Positions 26,101 through 37,930 are shown, numbered from the stretch's first letter. The stretch: 64,000 bases of DNA from Macrostomum lignano (GCA_002269645.1 NIVC01000291.1:1-64000), one strand, 5' to 3'. A program made the numbers and translations. The notes: generated from the letters alone by a model not told the origin.

Positions 26101-28847
26101 ACAAATAGTTGCGCAATTGTCTATAAAGTCAGTCAGTGAGCCAGGGTTCAAGTGTACACACGCAGCCACTGAGAACGCGACCATCCCCCCACTTGAGAGA
26201 AAATACACTGCCAAGATAGAAAAATTTTATGGCGCAATCACTAAAATTGATGCAAATTTTCAGCTCCAAGCAGAAAGAGGGGACAATTAAGATTATCAAA
26301 GGTCAAGACCGCCATTTTCTGCTTTTTTAGGGATCTTAAAAATTGAAAATGAAAGATTAAAATAGCCTAAAGCCATCCTCGGAAAATTTGCAGTTTTCCC
26401 ATATAAGTTTCAACGCTGACTTGCAAGTATTCTAGGAGGAGTTATCCAACAAACACACACACACACAGACAAACAACGCACCAGTTTTAGTATTAACGAG
26501 GCCAACTCCTCCTTCGGAGAAGAAAGGGGAAGAACTCCAATCAGCGGAATTCCATTCCCTGAACTCCATCAGCGGAATCCCATTTTCCAACACCTCTCCG
26601 CGCAACAGAAATCGTCTCCGTGAAACTGAACACTATCGAAATCCTCTCCGTGAAACTGGACTAAATCGAAATTTCTACGTCAAATAGCCCAGCTCTCAGA
26701 ATTCATTGGTTAGGGTTAGGGTTAGGGTTGACAGCTGCGTGTTGAAAGGCGCCGTAAAAACATTGAACCAATTAAATTGCGCAACTTATTTCTCAGGCAG
26801 TCAGTATCAGCCTCAGTTAAAGTTAACAAAAAGATTGCGCAATCTAAATCAACCCTCAAATACACAGCAACCGACCCCCCTTCCAATACGCAGTGCAGCT
26901 AGAAATTGAACTCCCCCCACCAACTATTGGGGGGTCGGTCGAACCCCCATTGAACTCCAAAATGAGCACAATCTTTGCAGAAAGCTAAAAGTATGAAAAT
27001 CTTTTCTTGAATGCTGTGAATTTAATTTTCATATTTAAAGCAAAAAACTTATATCCCCGAACTCATTGCAGCAAGATCTTTCCAGCAATATAAGTCTCTC
27101 CTCTCTAAGTTCAAAACTCGAGCAACAGTTAGTGTTTGAAACTTTCTGATTTTAAGCATTGAAATATCGAGTGTACGTTCACTGCCTGCTAAAGATGCTC
27201 GCAAGTTTATGCATTAAAATTGACTGAATTTCACTGTGCAAAAAATACACAGGGCTTCCTGTTAAAAAACAGAACACAAATAGTTGCGCAATTGTCTATA
27301 AAGTCAGTCAGTGAGCCAGGGTTCAAGTGTACACACGCAGCCACTGAGAACGCGACCATCCCCCCACTTGAGAGAAAATACACTGCCAAGATAGAAAAAT
27401 TTTATGGCGCAATCACTAAAATTGATGCAAATTTTCAGCTCCAAGCAGAAAGAGGGGACAATTAAGATTATCAAAGGTCAAGACCGCCATTTTCTGCTTT
27501 TTTAGGGATCTTAAAAATTGAAAATGAAAGATTAAAATAGCCTAAAGCCATCCTCGGAAAATTTGCAGTTTTCCCATATAAGTTTCAACGCTGACTTGCA
27601 AGTATTCTAGGAGGAGTTATCCAACAAACACACACACACACAGACAAACAACGCACCAGTTTTAGTATTAACGAGGCCAACTCCTCCTTCGGAGAAGAAA
27701 GGGGAAGAACTCCAATCAGCGGAATTCCATTCCCTGAACTCCATCAGCGGAATCCCATTTTCCAACACCTCTCCGCGCAACAGAAATCGTCTCCGTGAAA
27801 CTGAACACTATCGAAATCCTCTCCGTGAAACTGGACTAAATCGAAATTTCTACGTCAAATAGCCCAGCTCTCAGAATTCATTGGTTAGGGTTAGGGTTAG
27901 GGTTGACAGCTGCGTGTTGAAAGGCGCCGTAAAAACATTGAACCAATTAAATTGCGCAACTTATTTCTCAGGCAGTCAGTATCAGCCTCAGTTAAAGTTA
28001 ACAAAAAGATTGCGCAATCTAAATCAACCCTCAAATACACAGCAACCGACCCCCCTTCCAATACGCAGTGCAGCTAGAAATTGAACTCCCCCCCACCAAC
28101 TATTGGGGGGTCGGTCGAACCCCCATTGAACTCCAAAATGAGCACAATCTTTGCAGAAAGCTAAAAGTATGAAAATCTTTTCTTGAATGCTGTGAATTTA
28201 ATTTTCATATTTAAAGCAAAAAACTTATATCCCCGAACTCATTGCAGCAAGATCTTTCCAGCAATATAAGTCTCTCCTCTCTAAGTTCAAAACTCGAGCA
28301 ACAGTTAGTGTTTGAAACTTTCTGATTTTAAGCATTGAAATATCGAGTGTACGTTCACTGCCTGCTAAAGATGCTCGCAAGTTTATGCATTAAAATGCAC
28401 TGAATTTCACTGTGCAAAAAATACACAGGGCTTCCTGTTAAAAAACAGAACACAAATAGTTGCGCAATTGTCTATAAAGTCAGTCAGTGAGCCAGGGTTC
28501 AAGTGTACACACGCAGCCACTGAGAACGCGACCATCCCCCCACTTGAGAGAAAATACACTGCCAAGATAGAAAAATTTTATGGCGCAATCACTAAAATTG
28601 ATGCAAATTTTCAGCTCCAAGCAGAAAGAGGGGACAATTAAGATTATCAAAGGTCAAGACCGCCATTTTTTGCTTTTTTAGGGATCTTAAAAATTGAAAA
28701 TGAAAGATTAAAATAGCCTAAAGCCATCCTCGGAAAATTTGCAGTTTTCCCATATAAGTTTCAACGCTGACTTGCAAGTATTCTAGGAGGAGTTATCCAA
28801 CAAACACACACACACACAGACAAACAACGCACCAACTTTAGTATTAA
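17195..28847 (-). mobile_element. Tandem head-to-tail array of nine family-B non-autonomous Helitrons
   Basis: Units: 17195-18428, 18429-20634, 20635-21866, 21867-23040, 23041-24267, 24272-25322 (3'-truncated), 25323-26496, 26497-27671, 27672-28847. Each has 5' (TC)TTAATACTAAA plus a short microsatellite. The 3' end has a hairpin CT(T/C)CTCC-GAA-GGAGGAG and ends in CTCG. Each also has ~31-bp subterminal repeats and (GGTTAG)3-4. About 900 bp of the 5' part is homologous to the autonomous element. Confidence 0.9.
18580..19310. repeat. Polypyrimidine (CT-rich) low-complexity tract inside unit B2
   Basis: About 730 bp of almost only C/T on the plus strand. It accounts for most of the extra length of B2. 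Confidence 0.9.
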
Positions 28848-30309
28848 CGAGGCCAACTCCTCCGCTGGAGGAGAAAGGGGAAGAACTCCTATCACCGGAA
28901 TTCCATTAAGTGATCTCCATCAGCTGAATCCCATAACCCAACTCAGTTTCAGTAAAAGTCACACGAAGCAGCTTTGACATTGACATAACTATTTCTCAGG
29001 CAGTCAGTATCAGTCTCAATTAAGTGAACATTATAGTTGCGCAATCTATGTAAATCAACCCTCCAATACACAGCGACCCACCCCCTCCAATGCACCGCGG
29101 CATTTGACCCCCCCACCTCTTGAATTTCACTGCGCAGCTAATACACAGGGCTGCCTTTTGAAAGGCACCGATAATAAAGCTGTAAAATTCAAGTGCTCAC
29201 TGTCAACTGAAATTGATGCAAATCAAACTTTAGGAATATGAGTCAGCGTTAGGGTGCGATTGCAGCTTAAATGTTCTGCTATGGCATTCTCTATTAAGAG
29301 CTTAGAGTTCACAGTCAGTCTAAAATTGTGATAATCTAAAGTCTGTGATAGACCGCCACTTTGCGCAAATCATTAATTGAATGAATCACTCTGTAACAGC
29401 TGGTTGGCTACTCATTCTCTGCCAATTCATTGTAAGGCAGTTAAATGTGCGAAAAACTGATTGGCTGCCCGTCAGCTATAGCAGTCATGCAGGACTGTAC
29501 ATCTTAGTGAGAATGGTGGAAAAAGTACCAAAACTACTTTGTATAGCTGCACTGAATTACAACTTCTTGACTTCTTCAAGTACTTATGTTGCTGCGTTCC
29601 TTTCACAGCTAGCTGAATACCCCTACTCGAATTCCTTCACCTCTGTTGAATATAAAAACTAATTCAAAGACATTATTGGGGGGTACGCAGGAAACGATCG
29701 AATAAATGGGATAGTCTCTTTGGCTAAGTACTTGTTAAGTTTAAATTCATGTGAATTTTATGCCTTTCCATTACTTATACATGTTACTAATAGCCTATGA
29801 TTGACAGCCTTGTTTGTATTCTGAATCCTGCGCACCCCGAGTACAGTATGGCATATATTTGTTTTAAGCAATGCATTACAATATAGGGATGCAAGCACAG
29901 GTGGAGAGAAATGGGAAGAGAAAAGGGCAAATAATTATCAAGGTTGTTTTCTAGAGTTGTTTTTTAGACTTGATTGAAAATCTAAATAAGTATTTAGGAG
30001 GCGATCTAAGAGCTACACTGGGAACCTACTTTATAGCATTTGAGCGCGATCATCTTTAACTTAAAAAATAGGATTTAAAATTGAGTGAAAATTATGCAGA
30101 ACGAAATAGAATGTTTAATATAAATAATTACGTATGGATACTTTGTACGTCGAAAATATTCTGAAAAATAAATACAGCAATTGGATCTAAATTGGTAGGA
30201 GCCCGAGCTTTCTTAGAAGCATCCCCTTATACTAAAATATTATATCTGTAATTCATTCAGCAGCTCTGTAAGTGGAACAGTTTTGCCAGTAGTTTATTAT
30301 TCATGTTAC

Positions 30310-31000
30310 AAAATTATCACTCATAATTCGTCACTCTTATAATTCATCACTCTCATGATTTTGATTTTTGACTTTCATAATTTGTCACTCTCATATTTTT
30401 CACTCTTATAACTTGTCACACTCTCAATTCGGCACTCTCATAAGTATTATCGCTCTCAAATTTGTTACTCTCATTATTTGCAAAACTCTTAATTAGGCAC
30501 TCTCATAATTTATCACTCACATAATTTTCAACTCTCAACTTTTCACTCATAATTTGTCACTCTCATAGTTTGTCACTCATAATTTATCAATCTTATAATT
30601 TTTCACTCTGATAATTTGTCACTCCCTCGTCATTTTTCACTCACTCACTCATAAAATTTGTAACTCCCTCATCCTTTTTCACTCAATCACTCTCATAATT
30701 TGGCACTCTCATAAGTATTATCGCTCTCGAATTCGTTACTCTCATAATTTGCCACACTTTGCCACAATTTGTCACTACCTCTCATCATTTTTCACTCACT
30801 TACTCTCATAATTTGGAACTCTTATATGCATTATCGCTCTCAAATTTGTAACTCCCTTTCATACTTTGTCACTCACTCTCATAATTTGTCACTCGCTATC
30901 ATAATTTGTCACTCACTCTCATTATTTGGCACTCACTCTCATTATTTGTCACTCGCTATCATAATTTGCCACTCACTCTTATAATCTGTCACTCAAACCT
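30310..31000. repeat. ~16-20-bp degenerate minisatellite CACTCTCATAATTTGT downstream of the RepHel stop
   Basis: Tandem cactctcataatttgt / cactcactc variants. Confidence 0.85.
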
Positions 31001-31053
31001 ATATATTTCTTTCATCCTGCCTATGATTCAGTTCAGTTCAGTTCAGATAATAG

Positions 31054-34000
31054 TTAGTTCTGCTTGCCGATAAGCTGGCGCAGCACGATGTTCCGCGTCC
31101 GTCCGCCTGGAGCCCGAACTTTGACGCCATCGGCACTCCGCGCACGACTCAGAGCCACGTAGAGCTGGCCATGCTGAAAGCAAGCCGTCGTCAGGTCGAC
31201 GGCGTAGGTGCCCAGCGACTGGCCCTGGCTCTTGTGGATGGTCATGGCGAAGCACGGCCGGATCGGGAACTGCAGACGGCGGAAAACGAACGGAACCTCT
31301 GTCGGACTCGGCTCCTGCGGGATCCGCGGGATGAACACCTGCCGCGAACGGTAGACGCCAGTGGTTACCTCCGCTAGCAGGACGTTGTCACGCAGTTCAC
31401 GCAGCAGCAGCCGAGTCCCGTTGCACAGCAGCGGTGGGTCGAGATTCCGCATCATGACGACCGGCATGCCGACCTTCAGCTCCAGTCGGTGATGCGACAT
31501 ACCGCTGGGGTCCAGCCGGTTCAGCAGCTCCGGCGGAAAATTGGTCGCTGCCGTGTCGTCATTCGGAATCGAGTCGACAGATAAGTAGAGTCGGCTCTCA
31601 CCGGGGAAGAGCGCTAAGCAGGCGGCGTTGGCCTCGTCCACCGTCCTGTTGAGTGGCGCCAGGATGCTCCGCTCCGCGAACATCTGGTCACGCTGCGCAC
31701 TCGGCTCAAAGGACGGGTAAACGTGCCGGATGAGCTGCTCAGTGGTTGTGTCCTCGGGCAGAAGGATCTCGCTAGGCAAGGAGACCATGCCCTCAACGTC
31801 CTCTGGCAGCTCCCCGTTGCCAACCTGACGGTGAAAAAGTGGAATGAAATTTTACAATTTTTTCCTTCAATTCGCATGCTTAATGAGAGCATAGAAACTC
31901 CAGAGATTCTCACCTGCATAAGAAAATCCGCGTAGCTTTGGAGAGCCGAGCCGCCCTCCAGCCGCAGATTCCTTGTGAGCTGGTGCTGCCGGAAGTGCGG
32001 CCACAGCACCGACCGATTCAGGCAGGCTTCGATCGTGTTGGCCTGCGTCCCTCCGGGCACAACAGCAAGCAACTGCCGAAAGTCGCCAGCCAGCACCAGC
32101 AGCGCTCCCCGAACGGCTGCCCACCGTGCAGCAAATCCCGCAGAGTCCGCTCGACGATCTCGAGGTCTTTGCGGTGCGTCATCGGAGCCTCGTCCCACAC
32201 GATGAGGCGGGCGTTCCGCAGAATCTCCGCCAATTTGCTCCGCCTGCCGATGGAGCAGAAGGCGCTGTCCTGCCGTACAGCGCAGACGGGGATCTTGAAC
32301 CTGTAGGCAGGTATCGCGAGGATGGTCAATTGTGATGATAAATAAGGGATGACTTTCTGTGCTTAAAAACTAACAGTTTATAAAAATATTTATGCGGACA
32401 CAAAACTCACATCGAGTGGGCGGTCCGACCTCCGGGTAGAATAGTCGCCGCGATGCCCGATGACGCGACGGCAACAGCGATTTGACGTCTTGCTCGAACC
32501 GACTTCAGCAGAAGTGTGAGCAGGAACGTCTTGCCTGTGCCTCCAGGAGCGTCAATGAAATGCAGCCCGCCGCCACCGGCCGTCAGATTGGACTGCACGG
32601 CCTCGAAGACAGCTCGCTGCTCGTCAGTCAGGGTAGCGACCAGCGCATCCACTTCGGACTGCAGCTCAGCAGCTTCATGGGGCGTCGGCAGGCAGTCAGA
32701 AAGAAGCCGAGTCTGGATATTGAAAAGTGGCTGTCATCAGTTAGCAAATAAAGGTAAAAAAAATTAACAGTCAGTGCATAGAAGTGATTTTATTTACCTG
32801 ATCCGGCTCTGCCAGTGGTTGAGGAAGGCCGTAGGCAGACAGCTCGGATCCGCCCATCCGCTCCAGCCGCTTCTGCAGCGACCGCAGCACTTCGGCCATA
32901 GCAGCCTCGGCGCTCAAGCCCTGGTGCAGCAGGTCGCCAGCCATCTCGCGGGAAAACTCCTCCCAGAGCTTCACGGGGTCGCTTGGATCGCCGTGCGCCA
33001 AAATTGCGGCAAAAAGTCGGCGCAGAGCAGCAGGCATCCGCGTCTGGGCAGCTTCGGACAGACACAGCTGCCAGTGCCTGTCGTCTTCCAGCAGTCCGCG
33101 AGCCTGGCAGGCGGCCTTGAAGGTCGGCAGCAGGACTCCATCGACAGTGCGCAGAGCCTCGAACGAAGTCGGGCCGCGCACATTCACCAGCAGCAGGCGC
33201 AGGTAAAAACAGTCGCCCATCCGTGGACTGACTGTGTAGATGCGGCCGATGTTGCTGGTCGTCAGAACATCGGCTGGCTGATCAGCAGCGACTCGGCCGC
33301 GACCTGCGCGATGCCACTGGTGCGCACTTCTGTCCCAGGTGAAGTGCCGGGGCACCTCCTGGTACAGCAGCCCTCGGGCGATATCGTCATGGCGACAAAG
33401 CTGGGCGGGTAAGAATAAGAACAGGAATTAACAGGAAGGAGGAAAAAGTTGAAAAATTGCACTTTTTCTGCAAAACTCACATCGAAGAAGGCGGTCAAAG
33501 TCGTGGCCTTGGGCGTAGCAGCAACAGCCTGAGCCGTCTCGTCTGTGAAGAAGACCCGCTGCTCGTCCTTAAGATGAACCGCGAGCCTGATCACAGGGGG
33601 GTATCGGCTGTGAACCTCAAAGCCCAGGATGGTGTTGACCGCCTCCATTGGACCGATGAACCTGCCCAGTAGGTATTCGTCGATCTCATCGATCTTGTGT
33701 CGCTTTGCGGAAGTCGCAGCAGCAGCAGCAGCAGTCCCAGTCGACGTGGACGGACCGGCGATCGCCAGTGGTCCTTCAGTGGCCGAATCAGCGCTGGCAT
33801 TCGCAGCAGCCGCCGACTCCTTACGGATCTGGTATGCTGCCATGTCGCTACCCTTGGTGATGTACTTCACCACGTACTTGATGGCCCGAACTGTCGCGCA
33901 GATCTCGACATTCAGGTGACAGCGAAACTCGCGCAGCAGCGCTGGGCAGTACGGCACCACCCAGCGGTTGTCAAAGGTGAACATCACCCTCTGACCGCCA

Positions 34001-36683
34001 TGCAGCTTTGCGAGCTTCGTCACCGTGAAGCCGCCCATCTCGACGGATCTGCGGCAGTAATGCGGGTAGCCATCCTCCTCCACCTTCGTGGCGGCCAGGA
34101 ACTCCCTCGGGTAGCGCTTGCTGCACTTGCCTTTCTCCATGCACGCCGCGGCAGAGTTGAGCTGCTGCCCACAGGGACCGTGCAGCATGTTCTCCGCCAC
34201 CAGCTGATGCAGGTCGGCGTCGGCGACAGGGTCCGGGATCTCCGCGCTGATGACGGCGTCGTACTGATCCGGCTTCAGCTTGTTCGCCAGCCACAGCAGC
34301 GCGTGCACGTGGGGAAGACCTGGTTGTGGATAAAATTTATTGATAATTGATCATCAATAATTTTATTGAAATTTACGAAGTTATGGAGCCAACAGTTAAT
34401 GCTACAGTTTAAAGCTTAAAAGTACACTTGCCTCGCTTCTGGTACTCCAGCGAGCAGACTCGAGCCAGAGTATCTCCAAACAGACTCTTAAGCCTGTTTA
34501 AGAAGGCCTTCTTCTTCAGCTCGAACACCCGGGCGGTGATGTCCGGCCGATCGACGGCAGTCTGCCCTGGAAGCAGCTCGGCCAGAATTTCCGGCCACTT
34601 CGGGTTGCATGTCATCGTCAGAAACAGGTCTGGGCGGCCAAAGGCGTGAACATACGCCATGGCATCCTGCTGACGCTCCAGACGGTACCGTGGACCTCCC
34701 ACGTAGCTGGAAGTAAGAATGACACGCTTCCCGACTTCTTCCGGCCTGCCGTCGTCCTCGTGCAGCGCATCGCGGAGACCCCGAAGACTTTCGGACACCA
34801 GATCCGTTTGGTGCTGCCGGATGTACGTAAGTCGCTCGGACTCGATCTTGGCAGCCTGGTCCACCAGGAACTGCTGGAAGAGCCGGCGACCGTACAGCAG
34901 GCTGTTGAACTGGCCTGGTCGCACCTGGATCAAGTAGGCGTAGTATTTCATCATGGTGATGCCTCGATCCTTCTTGAGCCCAATGTGCCAGCCGTCCTCG
35001 CCGTACGGAAGCAGCAGCACGTACTCCAACGGATCGTAGGAGCGATGGGTCTCAGAGATCTCCTGGAGGCCTGTGGATGCAGTTGGGTAATTTAATTCTA
35101 AACTACAGTTCAAAAGCAACCAAAATGTACACCTGAATAACCCAAAACGTTTATTTTATTATCTAACTTTACAATGCAACCCAAATTTTAAGTCTTTTAA
35201 GACGCTTAAAGTACTTACCACCACCTCTCAGACGCAAAACCACGCTCCGCCATTGCGCCTGAACTACGCCATCAGCATCGCCAAGGTCCGTCAGGATGCC
35301 GACCTCACTGCACTCGGGCAAGTTGAAGCGTCGGACATGCTCCCCAGATGGGCGGGCATCGGGGTTGATGACGACCCTGGCGCTCTGCAGCTGCGGGTCG
35401 CTGCGCAGCAAGTCGACTGCGGACTTCAGGCTGCGCACGTAGCTGTTGCAATCATGCAGAACAGCTTGCAGCTCCTGCAGCAAAGTGTCGTTGAGACCTG
35501 CTGTCCATTGCAGTCTGTTCTGCAGCTCTTGGTCCACAAAGAAGACCTGGCAGAACCTGGCCGCATCCCCTGGGTCCGGCAACAGGCTGCCGATCCGATG
35601 GTGCATCTGACCATGGAGGATGAAGCTGGGGTTCCACCCGGGCTGTTCACGCTGCCTGGAACCAAGCGAGGTCATATGGAGCGCGCCGTTATACTTCCTG
35701 ATGTCCTTCAGGAACTGCGAGCTGAACGGATGCTCGCCAGTCAGCAGCCGCTTCAGAACATCAGGCGGGTCTCGGCGCTGCTCCAGGACGGTCTGTCAGT
35801 GTTAGAAAAAAAACTGAAGTAGCTTTTATGCGGAGACGGGCTGCAGCAAATCATGCAATTGTCGATGACTCCATAGGTGGTCAGAGGCTTGATACAGTAC
35901 AGGAGGCATAAATGAGGCAGCAATTCAAGTAAACTAAAACAATAAATATCAACTCACCTTTCCAGCATGGCAGCAAATGCTAGCTGGCTCGTCCGTCCAG
36001 CGTAGCGCGCTGCAGTGAGGGCATTGGCGGTCCATGCGACCGAGAACATGTGGCTGGTGTGCCAGCTCCAGCAGCCTGTGGTAATGAAATAGAGTATTTT
36101 AATCAGGAATTCTTGAAAATCCAGATCCACATGCAGAAAATTTAATAGTCTCAGATTATGAGCTACCACACATAAGAATAGCAGAATAAAATTTTATATA
36201 GGAACCCTACCTGTCTCGGCGCCACTCTGCCTGTGCGTGTACACGGCGGTCGTGGTCCTCAGCGGACTCAGCCGCGCGATACTGGACCTGGCGCTGCCGC
36301 TGCGCCTCCAGGCGATGCAGATGGACTGCCTCCTCCTCGGCTTCACGGCTTTCGACAGCACGCAGCCGGTCGTGGTCGAGCCGATTCTGGCGTTCCACCT
36401 CGCCTTCAGCATCCCGGCTTTCAGCTAAGCGGAGTCGATTGCACTCAAGGCGATGCTGGCGCTGCACTTCGCCTTCGGCCTCACGGCTTCCGGCTGTGCG
36501 CATTCGATTGGACTCGAGGCGATTCTGGCGCTCCACTTCGCCCTCGGCTCTCTCGGCCCTATGCTGCCGCTCCCGCTCAACGCGCGCTGCACGCTCATCG
36601 GGTGTCTCCGACGCCCTGCGCTTCTTGGCATCCGATGCAGCGCGTGTAGAGCGGGAAAGGCTTCCTCGACCACGTTTTGGCAT
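31054..36683 (-). CDS. Helitron Rep/Helicase (HUH endonuclease + Pif1-family helicase), 9 exons, ~1574 aa, one -1 frameshift
   Basis: Exons (minus): 36683-36211, 36075-35958, 35792-35219, 35070-34432, 34319-33481, 33400-32798, 32730-32411, 32300-31914, 31824-31054; all phases are compatible except for one missing base at 32107-32110. Motifs: 23-aa STPR-like repeats; zinc knuckle CPHC...CCHAGK; Rep motifs PDLFLTMTCNPKW, EYQKRGLPHVH, KYVVKYITKG; helicase motifs DAPGGTGKT, WDEAPM, LAGDFRQ, AMTIHKSQG, QLYVALSR. Confidence 0.93.
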
Positions 36684-37930
36684 TATTATAGTAAGCAAAT
36701 AGGGAATAGCAAATGGGCAAAAAAGCAAAAAGCAAATGACAAAAAAATAAGGAAATAGCTCAATCGGAATATTAGACAAATTCTATTCTGATATCGAAGG
36801 AAATGTAACTGAATTGGAATTTCGCGCTATTAAGTAAGAGTTCAGTGTAAGTAAAGGCCCAGTGTACGTGATTTTAGTCAAAAAAATAACTTGAGCCTCC
36901 ACCCCCCCCCGACTCCTCAAATACTGAAATTACTCCAAATGATAGCTGGCTTAAATGTGCGAACGCAATCCCCCAATTTTATCTGAAAGTTAAAAATAAG
37001 GTTACGCAATCTTAATAAACCCTCCAATACACAGCGACCGACCCCCCTCCAATGCAGAGCGGCAGTAAGAAATTGAACTCCTCAACTTTATCTATTACGT
37101 ATCGCAAAAATGAGTACAATCTTTGCAGAAAGTTAAAAGCATGGTTATCGTTTTCTGAATGCTGTGCTTTAAGTTTTCATTTTTAAAGCAAACAACTTAC
37201 ATCTTTGAAACCAGCGTTGCAAGATCTTTCCAGCAATATAAGTCTCTCCTCTCAAATTTTAAAAGTTGAGGAACACTTTGCGTTTAAAACTTCCCAGTTT
37301 AAAGCATTGAATTTTTGTGCGTACATTCACTGCCTTTTCCACTGAGAGGCTCGCAAGTTTATTCATTGAATTTCACAGTTCAACACAGGGTTTCCTAATG
37401 AAAGGCGCTGATAATAAAACCAATTGAATCTCGACCCAGTAGCCATATCGTTGCGCTTCACACCCACCACCCCACGAAATTCATCAATTAAGCCAAATTG
37501 CAGTTGACTAATATCGATCCGTAGCAATTGCCGGTGAGCCAGGGTCCAATTGTACGCATGCAGCCACTTAGAACGCCCCATCCCCCACTGGAGAGTAAAT
37601 GCACTGGCGACATAGGAAAAAGTTGTGGCGTAATCACTCAAAATTCATGCAAATTTTCAGCTCCGAGCAGAAAGAGGGTACAATTAAGATTATCAAAGGT
37701 CAGAATTGCCGTTTTCTGCTTTTTTAGGGATCTTAAAATGTAAAAATAAAAGATTAAAACAGCCTAAAGCCATCCTCGGAAAATTTGCAGTTTTCCCACA
37801 TAAGTTTCAACGCTGACTTGCAAGTATTCTAGGAGGAGTTATCCAACAAACACACACACACACAGACAAACAACGCACCAGTTTTAGTATTAAGATTAAG
37901 ATTAAGAAGAGAGAGAGAGAGAGAAGAGGA

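Larger units (their letters stand above)
28848..37895 (-). mobile_element. Autonomous-type Helitron (9048 bp)
   Basis: 5' TCTTAATACTAAAACTGG at 37895. Perfect 3' hairpin CTCCTCC-AGC-GGAGGAG (28873-28857) followed by TTGGCCTCG. Contains a complete RepHel gene. There is no TSD and no endonuclease domain. The 3' boundary is inferred from the terminal match to family B. Confidence 0.88.

Noticed and set aside
17454-28084. Recurrent MVRVRVRV... ORFs in each B unit
   Set aside because: They start from non-ATG codons in (GGTTAG)n and simply reflect the repeat unit.
29381-29662. 93-aa plus-strand ORF inside the autonomous Helitron (captured gene?)
   Set aside because: AT-rich, no motif and no convincing splice signals.
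31171-36649. Plus-strand and alternative-frame ORFs overlapping RepHel (e.g. 32774-33412, 33697-34350, 35253-35822)
   Set aside because: Antisense shadows of GC-rich coding exons, with no motifs.
28848-37895. Classification as Helentron/Helitron2
   Set aside because: No C-terminal endonuclease, no subterminal inverted repeats, and a 5' TC start with a 3' hairpin fit canonical Helitron organisation.
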